DNA of 64,000 nt. Source: Macrostomum lignano (Eukaryota). The stretch lies in contig NIVC01000365.1 in assembly GCA_002269645.1 (NCBI GenBank), positions 62,001 to 126,000 on the forward strand, in the 5' to 3' direction. The notes below the pieces were generated by a model, which saw only the letters and a list, made by a program, of their open reading frames with translations, was not told where the DNA came from and did not search any database. Positions 26,801 to 37,699 of this stretch are shown here, piece after piece. Position numbers and translations under genes: made by a program. Every line of letters starts with the position of its first letter. Positions within the stretch are counted from its first letter, which is position 1.

Positions 26801-29800
26801 AGGAATCGGTGAGGGCAACAGCAGACAAAAAGCGAATATCAGCTGCCTTCAAGCCGGTCACCTCATCCTGGGCCCCAGCGACAGCTTCGGTGCCGGCCTG
26901 GCCCTCCTTGCTGCCCGCGCCGATGCCCTGGGAATACAGCGCCCTGGACACCACAGTGAGGATCACGTAGAGCACGTACAGCACGATGAACCCGATCGAG
27001 TCCACCAGGGTGATGGTCTGCCTGAACATCACGATGAAGGCCCAGAAGATGGTGAACATGTAGAACACGATGTCCTTCATCAGCGGGCGGGACATCGCGG
27101 TGAACGGCTTCACGATGGCGATGGCGCCGGCTGTCACAGCGGTAACGAAGATTCCGGCGCCTGGGAGAGAGGGATTTGGGGTATGGGATTAGGGATATCG
27201 GATATTGGATATTGATTAGGGATGTTGGATTGGGGTGTTGGATTGGGGTGTTGGATTTGAGATAGTTGATTCGGGATTTGAGACTTGGGATATTGGATTT
27301 AGGATATTGGATTTGGGATATTAGGTTTGGGATATTGGATTGGGGATATTGGATTGGGGATATTGGGGTATTGGATTGGGGAATGGGGATATTAGATTAG
27401 GGATATTGAATTTAAGATATTGGACTTAATTCAGAGTTGGGAGTTGTGAGTCCTGGCTTGAGAGTTTTGGGATTTAAGATTTTAGATATCAGAGACTTAT
27501 AATTTTGGATTTTGATTTTTAATTTAGGATTAAGGATTTGGGACTTCAGCTTTGAAATTCGATATTTTCTATCTGGGATTACGAGCTAATATTGGGAAAG
27601 AATGAAAACTGCGATCTGTGCAATTCTCTTAAGTTTGAAGAATTGGCCGATATGTATCGAAAATAGGCTTTAGTTACCCAGCAGCGCTCCGAAAGCCAAG
27701 CCGGCGTCGCCGTCCTTCAGCGTGGTGATGGAGGAGATGGCGCTGAAGATGTCCGGGGCGCCGTTGCCCAGCGCCAGGAGGGTGACGCCCGCCACATTCT
27801 GGCTCAGCCGCATGGTGTCCGCCATCACGATGAGGCACGGCCCGAAGCTGGACGCCGGTTAAGTTGGGAGCGATGGATTCTCATAGTTTCTGAGCAGAGC
27901 TTTAAGCAAAGTTTCAATACAAAAATTCCGCACTTACAAGACGTCGGCTGTGGTGGCCAGGCCGATGAGCATCATGATGAGCCACAGGAACTGGGAGGAG
28001 GGGGGCGCGAGCGAGTGACTGAGTTAGTGACTGAGTGAGTGACCGAGTGACTGAATTAATGACTGAGTGAGCGACCGAGTGACTGAATTAGTGACTGAGT
28101 GAGTGACTGAGTGACTGAATTAATGACTGAGTGAGTGACCGAGTGACTGAATTAATGACTGAGTGAGTGACCGAGTGACTGAATTAATGACTGAGTGAGC
28201 GACCGAGTGACTGAATTAGTGACTGAGTGAGTGACTGAGTGACTGAATTAATGACTGAGTGAGTGACCGAGTGACTGAATTAATGACTGAGTGAGTGACC
28301 GAGTGACTGAATTAATGACTGAGTGAGCGACCGAGTGACTGAATTAGTGACTGAGTGAGTGACTGAGTGACTGAATTAATGACTGAGTGAGTGACCGAGT
28401 GACTGAATTAATGACTGAGTGAGTGACTGAGTGAGTGACCGAGTGACTAAATTAATGACTGAGTGAGTGACTGAGTGACTGAATTAGTGACTAAGTGAGT
28501 GACCGAGTGACTGAATTAATGACTGAGTGAGTGACCGAGTGACTGAATTAATGACTGAGGGAGTGACTGAGTGACTGAATTAGTGACTAAGTGAGTGACC
28601 GAGTGACTGAATTAATGACTGAGTGAGTGACCGAGTGACAGAATCAGTGACCGATTGACTGAATTAGTGGTTGAGTGACTGAATTAGTGACTAAGAGTTG
28701 AGTGAGAGGGTGACCGCGTGACTGAATGAGTGACCTGATTTTGTGACTAGATGCGAGTCATTTGTGAGTCAGTGAGTGAAAGGCAACGCATCAGAGCTGC
28801 AGCTGCCCCGCAACCCACCATCAGGGTGACGCCAAGCGGCACCACATCCTTGAAGACGCAGTACATGCCTAGAAGGTACTCGATATGGCCGTCATTAAAG
28901 ATGCAGCTCTCGGTGGCGTTCACCAGCTGGCAGAGGGTGTTCGCGTCGTTGCCCCAGAGCCTGCGATCGGTGGGAATTAAATAATCATGGGCAGGTGAAC
29001 GGGACCGCTTCAGTGACACCAGTGAGTGAATGAGTGAGTGAGTGAGTGAGTGAGTGAGTGAGTGAGTGAGTGAGTGAGTGAGTGAGTGAATGAGTGAGTG
29101 GGTGAGTGGTGAGTGAGTGAGTGAGTGAATGAGTGAGTGAGTGAGTGAGTGAGTGAGTGAGTGAGTGAGTGAGTGAGTGAGTGAGTGAGTGAGTGAGTGA
29201 GTGAGTGAGTGAGTGAGTGAGTGAGTGAGTGAGTGAGTGAGTGAGTGAGTGAGTGAATGAGTGAGTGAGTGAGTGGTGAGTGAGTGTGTGAGTGAGTGAG
29301 TGAGTGAGTGATTGAGTGAGTGAGTGAGTGAGTGAGTGAGTGAGTGAGTTAGTGAATGAGGTAGTGAGTGAGTGAATTAGTGAGTGAGTGAGTGATTGAG
29401 TGAGTGAGTGAGTGAGTGAATGAGTGAGTGAGTGAGTGAGTGAGTTAATGAATGAGGTAGTGAGTGAGTGAATTAGTGAGTGAGTGAGTGAATGAGTGAG
29501 TGAGTGAGTGAGTGAGTGAGTGAGTGAGTGAGTGAGTGAGTGAGTGAGTGAGTGAGTGAGTGAGTGAGTGAGTGAGTGAATGAGTGAGTGAGTGAGTGGT
29601 GAGTGAGTGAGTGAGTGAGTGAGTGATTGAGTGAGTGAGTGAGTGAGTGAGTGAGTGAGTGAGTGAGTAAGTGAGTGAGTGAGTGATTGAGTGAGTGAGT
29701 GAGTGAGTGAGTGATTGAGTGAGTGAGTGAGTGAGTGAGTGAGTGAGTGAGTGAGTGAATGAGTGAGTGAGTGAGTGAGTGGGTGAATGAGTGAGTGAGT

Positions 29801-30219
29801 GAGTGAGTGAGTGAGTGAGTGAGTGAGTGAGTGAGTGAGTGAGTGAGGTAGTGAGTGAGTGAATTAGTGAGTGAGTGAGTGAATGAATGAGTGAGTGAGT
29901 GAGTGAGTGAGTGAGTGAGTGAGTGAGTGAGTGAATGAATGAGTGAGTGAATGAATGAGTGAGTGAGTGAGTGAGTGAGTGAGTGAGTGAGTGAGTGAGT
30001 GGGTGAATGAGTGAGTGAATGAATGAGTGAGTGAATGAATGAGTGAGTGAGTGAGTGAGTGAGTGAGTGAGTGAGTGAGTGAGTGAGTCAGCAAGTACAC
30101 AATATGATGCCCCAAACAGAATCACCAATGGCAACCGCAGTGACATACGTGTTATTGTGAATGACATCCGAGCACGCCAGCTCAGACGTGTCGAAGCCCG
30201 AAGTGACCAGCGGCCCCAT
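14844..30219 (-). CDS. slc8b1: Na+/Ca2+(Li+) exchanger, NCLX/SLC8B1 (CCX) type, 14 exons, about 897 aa
   Basis: Exons (minus strand): 30149-30219, 28819-28960, 27938-27990, 27678-27847, 26862-27160, 23481-23680, 22739-23001, 22085-22360, 20797-20931, 19643-19956, 18152-18284, 16798-17085, 15946-16094, 14844-15044. All are GT-AG with matching phases; total 2694 nt, an open frame. Alpha-1 repeat is GVTLLALGNGAPDIFSAI and alpha-2 is GLTVLAWANSIGDVIAN; also ACFGGPLFNLLLGVG and N-terminal Cys motifs (LCQLVNATESC, EYLLGMYC). The true start may lie upstream of the ATG at 30219. Confidence 0.92.
15092..15880. repeat. 19-20-bp intronic minisatellite (GGCTCTGAGTCAATGACAAA / GGCTCTGAGTCAACGAGGGA)
   Basis: Two interleaved unit variants fill the last NCLX intron. 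Confidence 0.95.
16119..16745. repeat. Compound intronic repeat: 23-bp (GACCCAGCTCATTGCGACTGTAT) then 20-bp (CTGACTCTCCCTGAGTCTAT)
   Basis: Two adjacent arrays, about 16119-16460 and about 16480-16745. Confidence 0.95.
17145..17905. repeat. About 10-bp degenerate repeat (TGTGGGTTTC/TGTGGGTGTC)
   Basis: Direct reading; gives the VGFCGFLW pseudo-ORFs. Confidence 0.9.
18370..19612. repeat. 35-bp intronic minisatellite (GATGTACATTCAATTCCTTCCTTCCCCAGAGGCTA)
   Basis: About 35 copies. Confidence 0.95.
20265..20590. repeat. 20-bp intronic minisatellite (CTGACTCTCCCTGATTCTGT)
   Basis: Related to the 16480-16745 array. Confidence 0.9.
21050..22055. repeat. 34-36-bp intronic minisatellite (GATGTACATTCAATCCCTCTCCCCCACGAGTCTGCA)
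   Basis: About 27 copies; shares GATGTACATTCAAT with the 35-bp array. Confidence 0.95.
23025..23430. repeat. 23-bp intronic minisatellite (CAGTGACCTATCAATCAGCCTGT)
   Basis: About 17 copies. Confidence 0.95.
23693..26762. repeat. 3.1-kb 12-bp intronic satellite (GGATTGGTGAAT / GTATTGGTGAAT)
   Basis: Fills NCLX intron 23681-26861 and produces the spurious 900-1240 aa TNPF/HSPI/VNGL ORFs. Confidence 0.97.
27178..27430. repeat. About 13-bp degenerate repeat (GGATATTGGATT[T/G])
   Basis: Direct reading. Confidence 0.8.
28012..28740. repeat. About 32-bp GAGT-derived minisatellite (GAGTGACTGAATTAATGACTGAGTGAGTGACC)
   Basis: Direct reading. Confidence 0.9.
29021..30088. repeat. (GAGT)n microsatellite, about 1.07 kb
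   Basis: Fills most of the first reconstructed NCLX intron; gives the LTHS pseudo-ORFs. Confidence 0.97.
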
Positions 30220-30769
30220 TCTGAGTGCCGGCAGTCCGCTGGTTGCTCGCCGAGGCCGCAGCAAAAGAAGCAGAAATAACGGCCTAAAGAAATCGCTGCT
30301 GCTTTCAAGCCAATCTGCTCAGGCAAGTTTGACGGTTTCGCTTTAATTCTCTCGCCGGTATAAAAGTGTTTTGACTGCAGCCACGGGGCGTTGGCTAAAC
30401 CTGAGGCGTAAGAAGACTCTTGCTGTGTCACTCAATCCCCGCCTTCTCTGATAACGAGGCAATCACAGGGGAAAGGAACAGGCACTGATAAGCGAGTTGA
30501 TAACGCACAAAAGTGAGCTGCACACGGGCAGCAAACTGCCTTCAAGAATTCGACTCTGTGCGACCGCAGGCTTCGCTTTGGTTGCTCATATCTTCGGCTC
30601 TTGAATCTTGAACTTATTAGACTTTTGAGAAATACTGCCAACCTATTTTGCTTCTGCAGGAGAGCCGGCAGAAGCCTAACATTTTTGTGTCACACCGGCT
30701 GCGGGTGATCCGTTGGATGCACCTGACATGCGCCTGTAAGCAGCCAGATGATCCTGTGAAGGATCCCAG

Positions 30770-31190
30770 AGGTGGGAACAGTCCAGGTGATCCCACACAC
30801 GGAGGATCAGATGTGGGAACAGTCCAGGTGATCCCACACACGGAGGATCAGAGGTGGGAACAGTCCAGGTGATCCCACACGGAGGATCAGAGGTGGGAAC
30901 AGTCCAGGTGATCCCACACATGGAGGATCAGATGTGGGAACAGTCCAGGTGATCCCACACGGAGGATCAGATGTGGGAACAGTCCAGGTGATCCCACACG
31001 GAGGATCAGATGTGGGAACAGTCCAGGTGATCCCACACGGAGGATCAGATGTGGGAACAGTCCAGGTGATCCCACACACGGAGGATCAGATGTGGGAACA
31101 GTCCAGGTGATCCCACACACGGAGGATCAGAGGTGGGAACAGTCCAGGTGATCCCACACGGAGGATCAGAGGTGGGATCAGTCCAGATGA
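30770..31190. repeat. 39-41-bp minisatellite (GTGGGAACAGTCCAGGTGATCCCACACGGAGGATCAGAT)
   Basis: About 10.5 copies, each with an internal inverted repeat GTGGGA...TCCCAC and no unique spacers. Confidence 0.95.
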
Positions 31191-31789
31191 TCGCACAAGG
31201 AGGATCAGTAAGTACAAAGTATCCAACAGAACTTTCAAGCCATCGCAGATCTGTAATTAATATTTTTAACGCAATAACGACAAGCAGGTCAACAGAATTC
31301 GTGTTTTTAATTGTAGGCATCAAAATGATTTGGCCATAAAGGAGGTCCACAGTAGTCCGATGCGAATCTATTTCTGCCAACCTGCAGGCATATAAAAATA
31401 TCCATAAAAAAGGCAAAACAAAAGCAAAATCAAACGAGACCTACTCTTGCCTTACCTACTCTTGACCTACTCTGACGAGTAGGAAGTCATTTCAGAGGCG
31501 GTGGGCAACGCTTGCAGATTCAAGCTGCACTGTACAGAGGAATGTTTGTTTGTCAGTGTACACAAAAAGTACAAAAACTCTATATGAGATTCAATAGACG
31601 CAGCCAAATTTGCATTTTAAATACTTGAGCGAGTAACTACGATAGAGAAACAATCGGATTTGATACATAAAATACAAGCAAACTCTTTACTTGCTACTTA
31701 CAGTATGCAGGGAATGGCTTAATTCACATTTTGTACAAATTTTGAAATTCAGCTCAATAAATGTGTGTGAAAGTCTTCCTGCAATAGTC

Positions 31790-32322
31790 CTTGTACAGCT
31801 CCCTTCTCAATCCCTGCACAGCTCCCCTCTCAATCCCTGCACAGCTCCCCTCTCAATCCCTGCACAGCTCCCTTCTCAGTCCCTACACAGCTCCTTTCTT
31901 AATCCCTGCACAGCTCCCTTCTCAGTCCCTACACAGCTCCCTTCTTAATCCCTGCACAGCTCCCTTCTTAATCCCTACACAGCTCCCCTCTCAGTCCCTA
32001 CACAGCTCCCTTCTCAATCCCTGCAAAGCTCCCTTCTCAATCCCTACACAGCTCCCTTCTCAATCCCTACACAGCTCCCTTCTTAATCCCTACACAGCTC
32101 CCTTCTCAATCCCTACACAGCTCCCTTCTCAATCCCTACACAGCTCCCTTCTCAATCCCTACACAGCTCCCTTCTTAATCCCTACACAGCTCCCTTCTCA
32201 ATCCCTACACAGCTCCCTTCTCAATTCCTGCACAGCTCCCTTCTCAATTCCTGCACAGCTCCCTTCTCAATCCCTGCTAGCTCCCTTCTCAATTCCTGCA
32301 CAGCTCCCTTCTCGATCCCTCT
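31790..32322. repeat. 23-bp minisatellite (ACAGCTCCCTTCTCAATCCCTGC/AC)
   Basis: About 23 copies. Confidence 0.95.
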
Positions 32323-32556
32323 AAAATATTCATCAAGGCAACAGTTTCATGAATATGAAAAGCAAATCCCGTCAGTTAATAAATAAATAATACAAAAATA
32401 AAAATACAGCGCACCAACTTTGCTACTCAGTCGAGTAGGCAGCAACGCATGCAAACAAATTATAATGGAAATATGCAGTGAAGGTGAAGTCGAATTGGAA
32501 TAATGTTCTGTAATACCGCTCAGTCTGGTTTGCAGAGGATGAAGGCAAAGAAGGCC

Positions 32557-34365
32557 TCATACGGCAGATTCGTTCTGCCTTCGGCCTTGTCTGTCAGGCC
32601 GCGCAAGCTGCTGATGCTGCTGATGCTGTAACTGATGAAGCTGAAGCTGATGCCGAGTACTGTCGTGGGAGTTCAAGTGCCGATTTGAAGGATACTGGGG
32701 TCCCGCGCCTCCAGCCCCGTTTGAAAATCCGTTGCCCACTGGGCCACTCAGCCAGGCTGGCCGCTCCTCTTCAGCGTAGCAACTCTCAAATGCAGTGTTG
32801 TAGTGCCCGGTCTCCATGCGGTGATAGACACTGGGGTTCAGGGTGAGTCCGCCTGTCGTGTCTATGCCCCCGCCGCCGCCATTGCTGCAGGCATCGCCAG
32901 AAGTCAGGGCCCGATTGATGGAGCGCTGACGGCGGAACTTCCGTCTGCATTGTTATTGAGGGTATCTTAGGACACGAAATTGCTGATCATGTCTGCCCTG
33001 CCCTGCGTTCTCTGCCCCTTGTCTGCCCTGCCCTGTGTTCTCTGCCCCTTGTCTGCCCTGCCCTGTGTTCTCTGCCCCTTGTCTGCCCTGCCCTGTGTTC
33101 TTTGCCCCTTGTCTGCCCTAGCCCTGTGTTCTCTGCCCCTTGTCTGCCCTAGCCCTGTGTTCTCTGCCCCTTGTCTGCCCTGCCCTGTGTTCTCTGCCCC
33201 TTGTCTGCCCTGCCCTGTGTTCTCTGCCCCTTGTCTGCCCTAGCCCTGTGTTCTCTGCCCCTTGTCTGCCCTAGCCCTGTGTTCTCTGCCCCTTGTCTGC
33301 CCTGCCCTGTGTTCTCTGCCCCTTGTCTGCCCTAGCCCTGTGTTCTCTGCCCCTTGTCTGCCCTAGCCCTGTGTTCTCTGCCCCTTGTCTGCCCTAGCCC
33401 TGTGTTCTCTGCCCCTTGTCTGCCCTGCCCTGTGTTCTCTGCCCCTTGTCTGCCCTAGCCCTGTGTTCTCTGCCCCTTGTCTGCCCTGCCCTGTGTTCTC
33501 TGCCCCTTGTCTACCCTGCCCTGTGTTCTCTGCCCCTTGTCTGCCCTAGCCCTGTGTTCTCTGCCCCTTGTCTGCCCTAGCCCTGTGTTCTCTGCCCCTT
33601 GTCTGCCCTGCTCTGTGTTCTCAGCCCTTTTCCCCCTTCTGTCTACTCTACTCGGCTGCCTACCTTTCTGCTCCAATATTTTCTCTTCCTCGTTTTCTAC
33701 TTCTCTCTCTAACTATGTAAATTCTCTTCCATCGATTATGCACATTTTTGCCTACTCTCACATCCTGTCCACTTTCACATCCTGTCTACTCTGATATCCT
33801 GTCTACTCTCACATCTTATCTACTCTCACACCCTGTCTACTCTCTCATCCTATCTACTCTCACACCGTGTCTACTCTCACGTCCAGTTTACTCTCTCATC
33901 CTGTCTACTCTCACATCCTGTTTACTCTCTCATCCCCTGTCTACTCTCACATCCTGTCTACTCTCACATCCTGTCTACTCTCACATCCTGTCTACTCTCA
34001 CATCCTGTACACTCCCACCCTGTCCACTCACACCCTGTCCACTCACATCCTGTCTACTCTCACATCCTGTCTACTCTAACTCTCACATCCTGTCTACTCT
34101 CACATCCTGTCTACTCTCACATATACTTTGAGCAGCCGCACCTGATGGAGGCGGAGAATCTTCCTATAGATTGCTGCAGCCTCTCGGCCCGGCCGGGCAG
34201 CCCCCGGCCAGTGTGCAGCGGCCTGTTGATTTCGGCAGCCGAGGTGGGCTGGTAGCGCCTGCGCCCCCAGAACCTGGCGCAGCAGCAGCAGACAAGCAGG
34301 CTGACAGTGAAGCAGGCAATCAATGCTATGACTGACAGCACTGAGGTCTGCACAGCTGGGTCCAT
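32557..34365 (-). CDS. Uncharacterised 208-aa single-pass membrane protein (2 coding exons)
   Basis: Exon 34127-34365 is MDPAVQTSVLSVIALIACFTVSLLVCCCCARFWGRRR..., with donor aa|gtatat (phase 2). It joins exon 32557-32944 (atgcag|) in frame with the METGHYNTAF...RRQNESAV* ORF; total 627 nt. An acceptor-like ctaat...aagcag lies 2 nt before the ATG, so an upstream exon is possible. Confidence 0.7.
32990..33620. repeat. 30-32-bp intronic minisatellite (GTCTGCCCT[A]GCCCTGTGTTCTCTGCCCCTT)
   Basis: About 20 copies. Confidence 0.95.
33760..34120. repeat. 17-bp intronic minisatellite (CTACTCTCACATCCTGT)
   Basis: About 20 degenerate copies abutting the splice donor. Confidence 0.9.
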
Positions 34366-36856
34366 CTCTGCTTGGCAAGGATTAGTTCAGAGAGATGGAA
34401 AGGAGAAAGAAGGCCTGTCCAAGTGGCATTAGCTCCTGTAATTGGTAAGAAGGAAAATGAATGAATGAATTAATTAAACTAGGACATCCTGACTTGCATC
34501 ATATATCCATGATTTTCATGGCTAAACAAAATCACAGTGGCTGGTGGTAAGCCTTTGTTGTGTGTTATTCATATTAATAGATCAGTTCCTTTTTTAAGTA
34601 AGCACCCGAACTAGAAAGCTAAGGTACAGTTACATGTAAAATTTTGCTGCTTCTGAAAATAATATTTTTTTATTTACAATGAGTAGATATTAGGCCTATT
34701 CAAGCTTTATTACTCAATAATAATACTCATCTTTTATTTTCCCATGCTGCATACTCATTATTCAACATTTTAAAACCAATATTAAAATCCTTACTTTTGA
34801 AAATTAGTCAAGTAATAAAAAGTTACATATAAAAACATTTTTGTATCCTAATTTTTGCTTAAATTTTTGTAATGTATTTTGTCTATTAGGCACTATGATC
34901 ATTTTCGCCCCAAAACTTTGGCTTTTACTAATAATGTTTATAATATTTTTAGTTAACCAATTTCTAATTGGTTGTTTTTAAGTCTGTTTAGTTTTTTATC
35001 CTTTATCTATTGATAAAAGTAAATCTAAAAATGCTAAAATAGTGAAAACCTACTTGGCAACAATGCCTAAAAGTTAGTCTTGGGCCTAAAATGCATTGGA
35101 GCCATAGAAAAACATTCTATGTTATAACTAGATCCTTTAATTCCTTTTTTGTAGTAGGCCTAGACATAATAATTAATTATAGTCAATTTAATAGTTATAA
35201 GGGCCCTAGTCCATAATGTTAGGCCCTAATGGCTATAATCTATAAACATGCAGCATAGCATAGGGCCTACACATAGCATAATAGCATGTAATAATAATAA
35301 CTAGGCCCTAGCAAGGATAATAGTGGGTATTCCTAATATGCCCAAAGGCCAAAGGCATTGATAAAGTGTGAAGCTTGTATCATAAGAACTCCTTTAAATG
35401 TGAGGAAAACAATGCATCACTGGTTCCTCACATATTGTGAAACTTGGTCTTTGCATGGGCCCAGGTGCCATCAACTAGGTTCATAAAAATATGTGGTGCA
35501 TTGGGGTCTATATTAGGTCTATACTATACTAGGGAAGCTAGGATTTAGAAAAGCCTCTCCTTTAATTAATGTTCCAACTATTTATACAATTATAGTTCAA
35601 ACAAAAAGGGAATTTTTAAAATGTCAAGAATTTTATGAATAAAATAGGAAAATTGCTGAACAATAAAATTTTCTTGATTTCCTCTGTGACTTTATATTTA
35701 GAAATATTTAGAAAGTTAAGAAATTCATTAAAAATTATTCAAATTCATTTTTAATAGTCCTAATAGTTTTAATAGGCTTCTCAATTTAATATTTTTAATA
35801 GATAGTCACACACACACAGACAAACCATTTTTAGTATATGGCCATGGGATATATAACAAACTATAGGGTCTATTTTCTTTTAACATCATTCATCATACTT
35901 TTACATCATGCCAAATAAGTTAATCTGATCTGACAAATCCTCTCTCTTATTAAATCTCTTAAATCTAGCTAAATAAGTGATAATAATAAGCCTTTGTTGT
36001 TTGCCAAATGCCAACTATAACTAACATATTATAGACTTAGTCTTTTCCTTGGTGTGATACTTCCCATGCATTTCTAAATTTAAAATTTGCCAGTTAAGTA
36101 TGTAAATTTAAGCAAAAAAACTCCGCGTTTTTATTTAAAAGAAGCTTATAATAAAAAAACTAACACTACGCATCTTCGTAGAAACCTTTCTCCTGGTTTC
36201 ATTTATAGACGTGTTTCAATATTGTAAATTTGATAAAATCTGAGCTTAATGTTAGCATACTATGGCGGTCTCAGCATGCCTGTGTAGTATGAGACAGACA
36301 AGGCTCACAATCACAAGCTAAGGTTTGCGATCCTACACACCTGCACCCTCTATTCTGGTGCAGGAATGGCAGGAGAACTCTCTACAAGTTGACTCACAAG
36401 CCGATCTACGTCCAGCATGTAAGGCAGCTCTAGTTCTGCTGGGCTCCGTTGGCGGCAACCCAATCCGTGGCTTTGGCTTCTGTCTTGTCCGATTTGGGTA
36501 CGGTCTCTGCCCGGTAGTGCACCTGTTCGTATCAGGTACCTCTGGCCACGGTTCTGAGGAACAGGTATCAGTATCACCCTCGATCTGACCTTAACAGGGT
36601 ATCGGCCAGTCCGCAGGCTCCAGAGACAGCCTTTTTGTCCTCCCTCAAAGACCCATTGTAGCACCGCGCGATGGACCTTTAGTTCGGCCTCTGGTTTCAA
36701 ACCGGGCTCTTAGCCGGGGAGTTTCCCGGTTGCTAGTGGTCGGGCGGGTAAAGCTAAACCTCCCGGTCGCTATTCTTTTGGCTGTCTGTTGGGTTTGGGG
36801 TACGGCCCAGCAGCTTCTCACCTCTTAATTAGTCCCCATTCACCTTTAAGCGACTC

Positions 36857-37500
36857 ATGGAGTATTCATTTACTTCCGACGCGTCCCCTGATGCTGCTGG
36901 AGCACTAACTGCGAGGTTGGTACTGCGCAGCCGGACATTCGCAACACCGGAACTTCCGGTGACTCTCAACCAGCCCCTGCCGCCATTCAGGACACTGCCG
37001 AAGTGGCTGGATAATAGGACCGGGGACCTCGGACCTCTAAGAAGAAGGCCCATAGCATTGCTCGCTACCAGGGACAACTCCCATGCACCTGGTCAAGATG
37101 GCCTTGAGTGGTACCGTCATTTCAAGTCCTTTAGACGAAAGTCGAGGACCAGGCCCTTCACATCCAGCCCGCCGACAGCCAGTCTGGGCAGCAGCTTCTC
37201 GAAATGCTGAAAGCCTTCGACTGGGATACGGAGCTGGAAAATCTGTTCATCTACAGGGAGGACGAGCGACCCCGGACACACCGGCACCGTGTCTGGATTC
37301 CGGCTCGCAGTTCCATCACCAAGGCCGACGAGCTGCACCGCCTGCTAGTGCTCCAATCCAGAGCTGCTGGCCAATGGCGTCGTAGTTCACGAGAACATCT
37401 CCAAGCCGGGTGGAGACGGTTTCACGGCAATCCTCGGACTGTCGGATAGCTGGATGCTCTCTGTCTCTGTCGGGCTGATGCGGAATTCTCATTCAGGGCC
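36857..37500 (+). mobile_element. Degenerate non-LTR retrotransposon ORF1 fragment (DUF4780-like)
   Basis: Frameshifted reading ...QQLLEMLKAFDW...HRVWIPARSSITKADELHRLLVLQ/NPELLANGVVVHENISKPGGDGFTAILGLSDSWML has the VW-x-P and L-x-x-QNP-x-L pattern recalled for DUF4780-type ORF1. No RT was seen nearby. Confidence 0.4.
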
Positions 37501-37699
37501 CCGGTGGCGGCCCCGAGGGAGCCGATGGAACTGGAGTCTGGAGCCATCGGCGAGGCAGAAGAGGCAGCTCTCCTGCACAACTCGCCCTGAGCCAGCAGGA
37601 AGCTGTGCGGACCACCCGTGGAATCTCTGGAGTGGACATCCTGCAGCTTAAGCTGCACCCACTGCATCGCGGCCTCGGCAAACATGATGCAAGCGGCAA

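Noticed and set aside
23407-27137. Giant 900-1240 aa ORFs (TNPF, HSPI, VNGL repeats)
   Set aside because: Read-through of a stop-free 12-bp satellite inside a phase-consistent NCLX intron; the flanking unique parts are NCLX exons, one in a third frame.
29445-30431. 328-aa ORF with an apparent signal peptide before LTHS repeats
   Set aside because: Overlaps NCLX exon 1 in another frame and runs through its GTATGT donor into the (ACTC)n intron.
30770-31190. CRISPR-like array (about 39-bp hairpin repeats)
   Set aside because: No unique spacers, no cas genes and a eukaryotic intron-exon context. The same applies to the 26-, 30- and 35-bp arrays.
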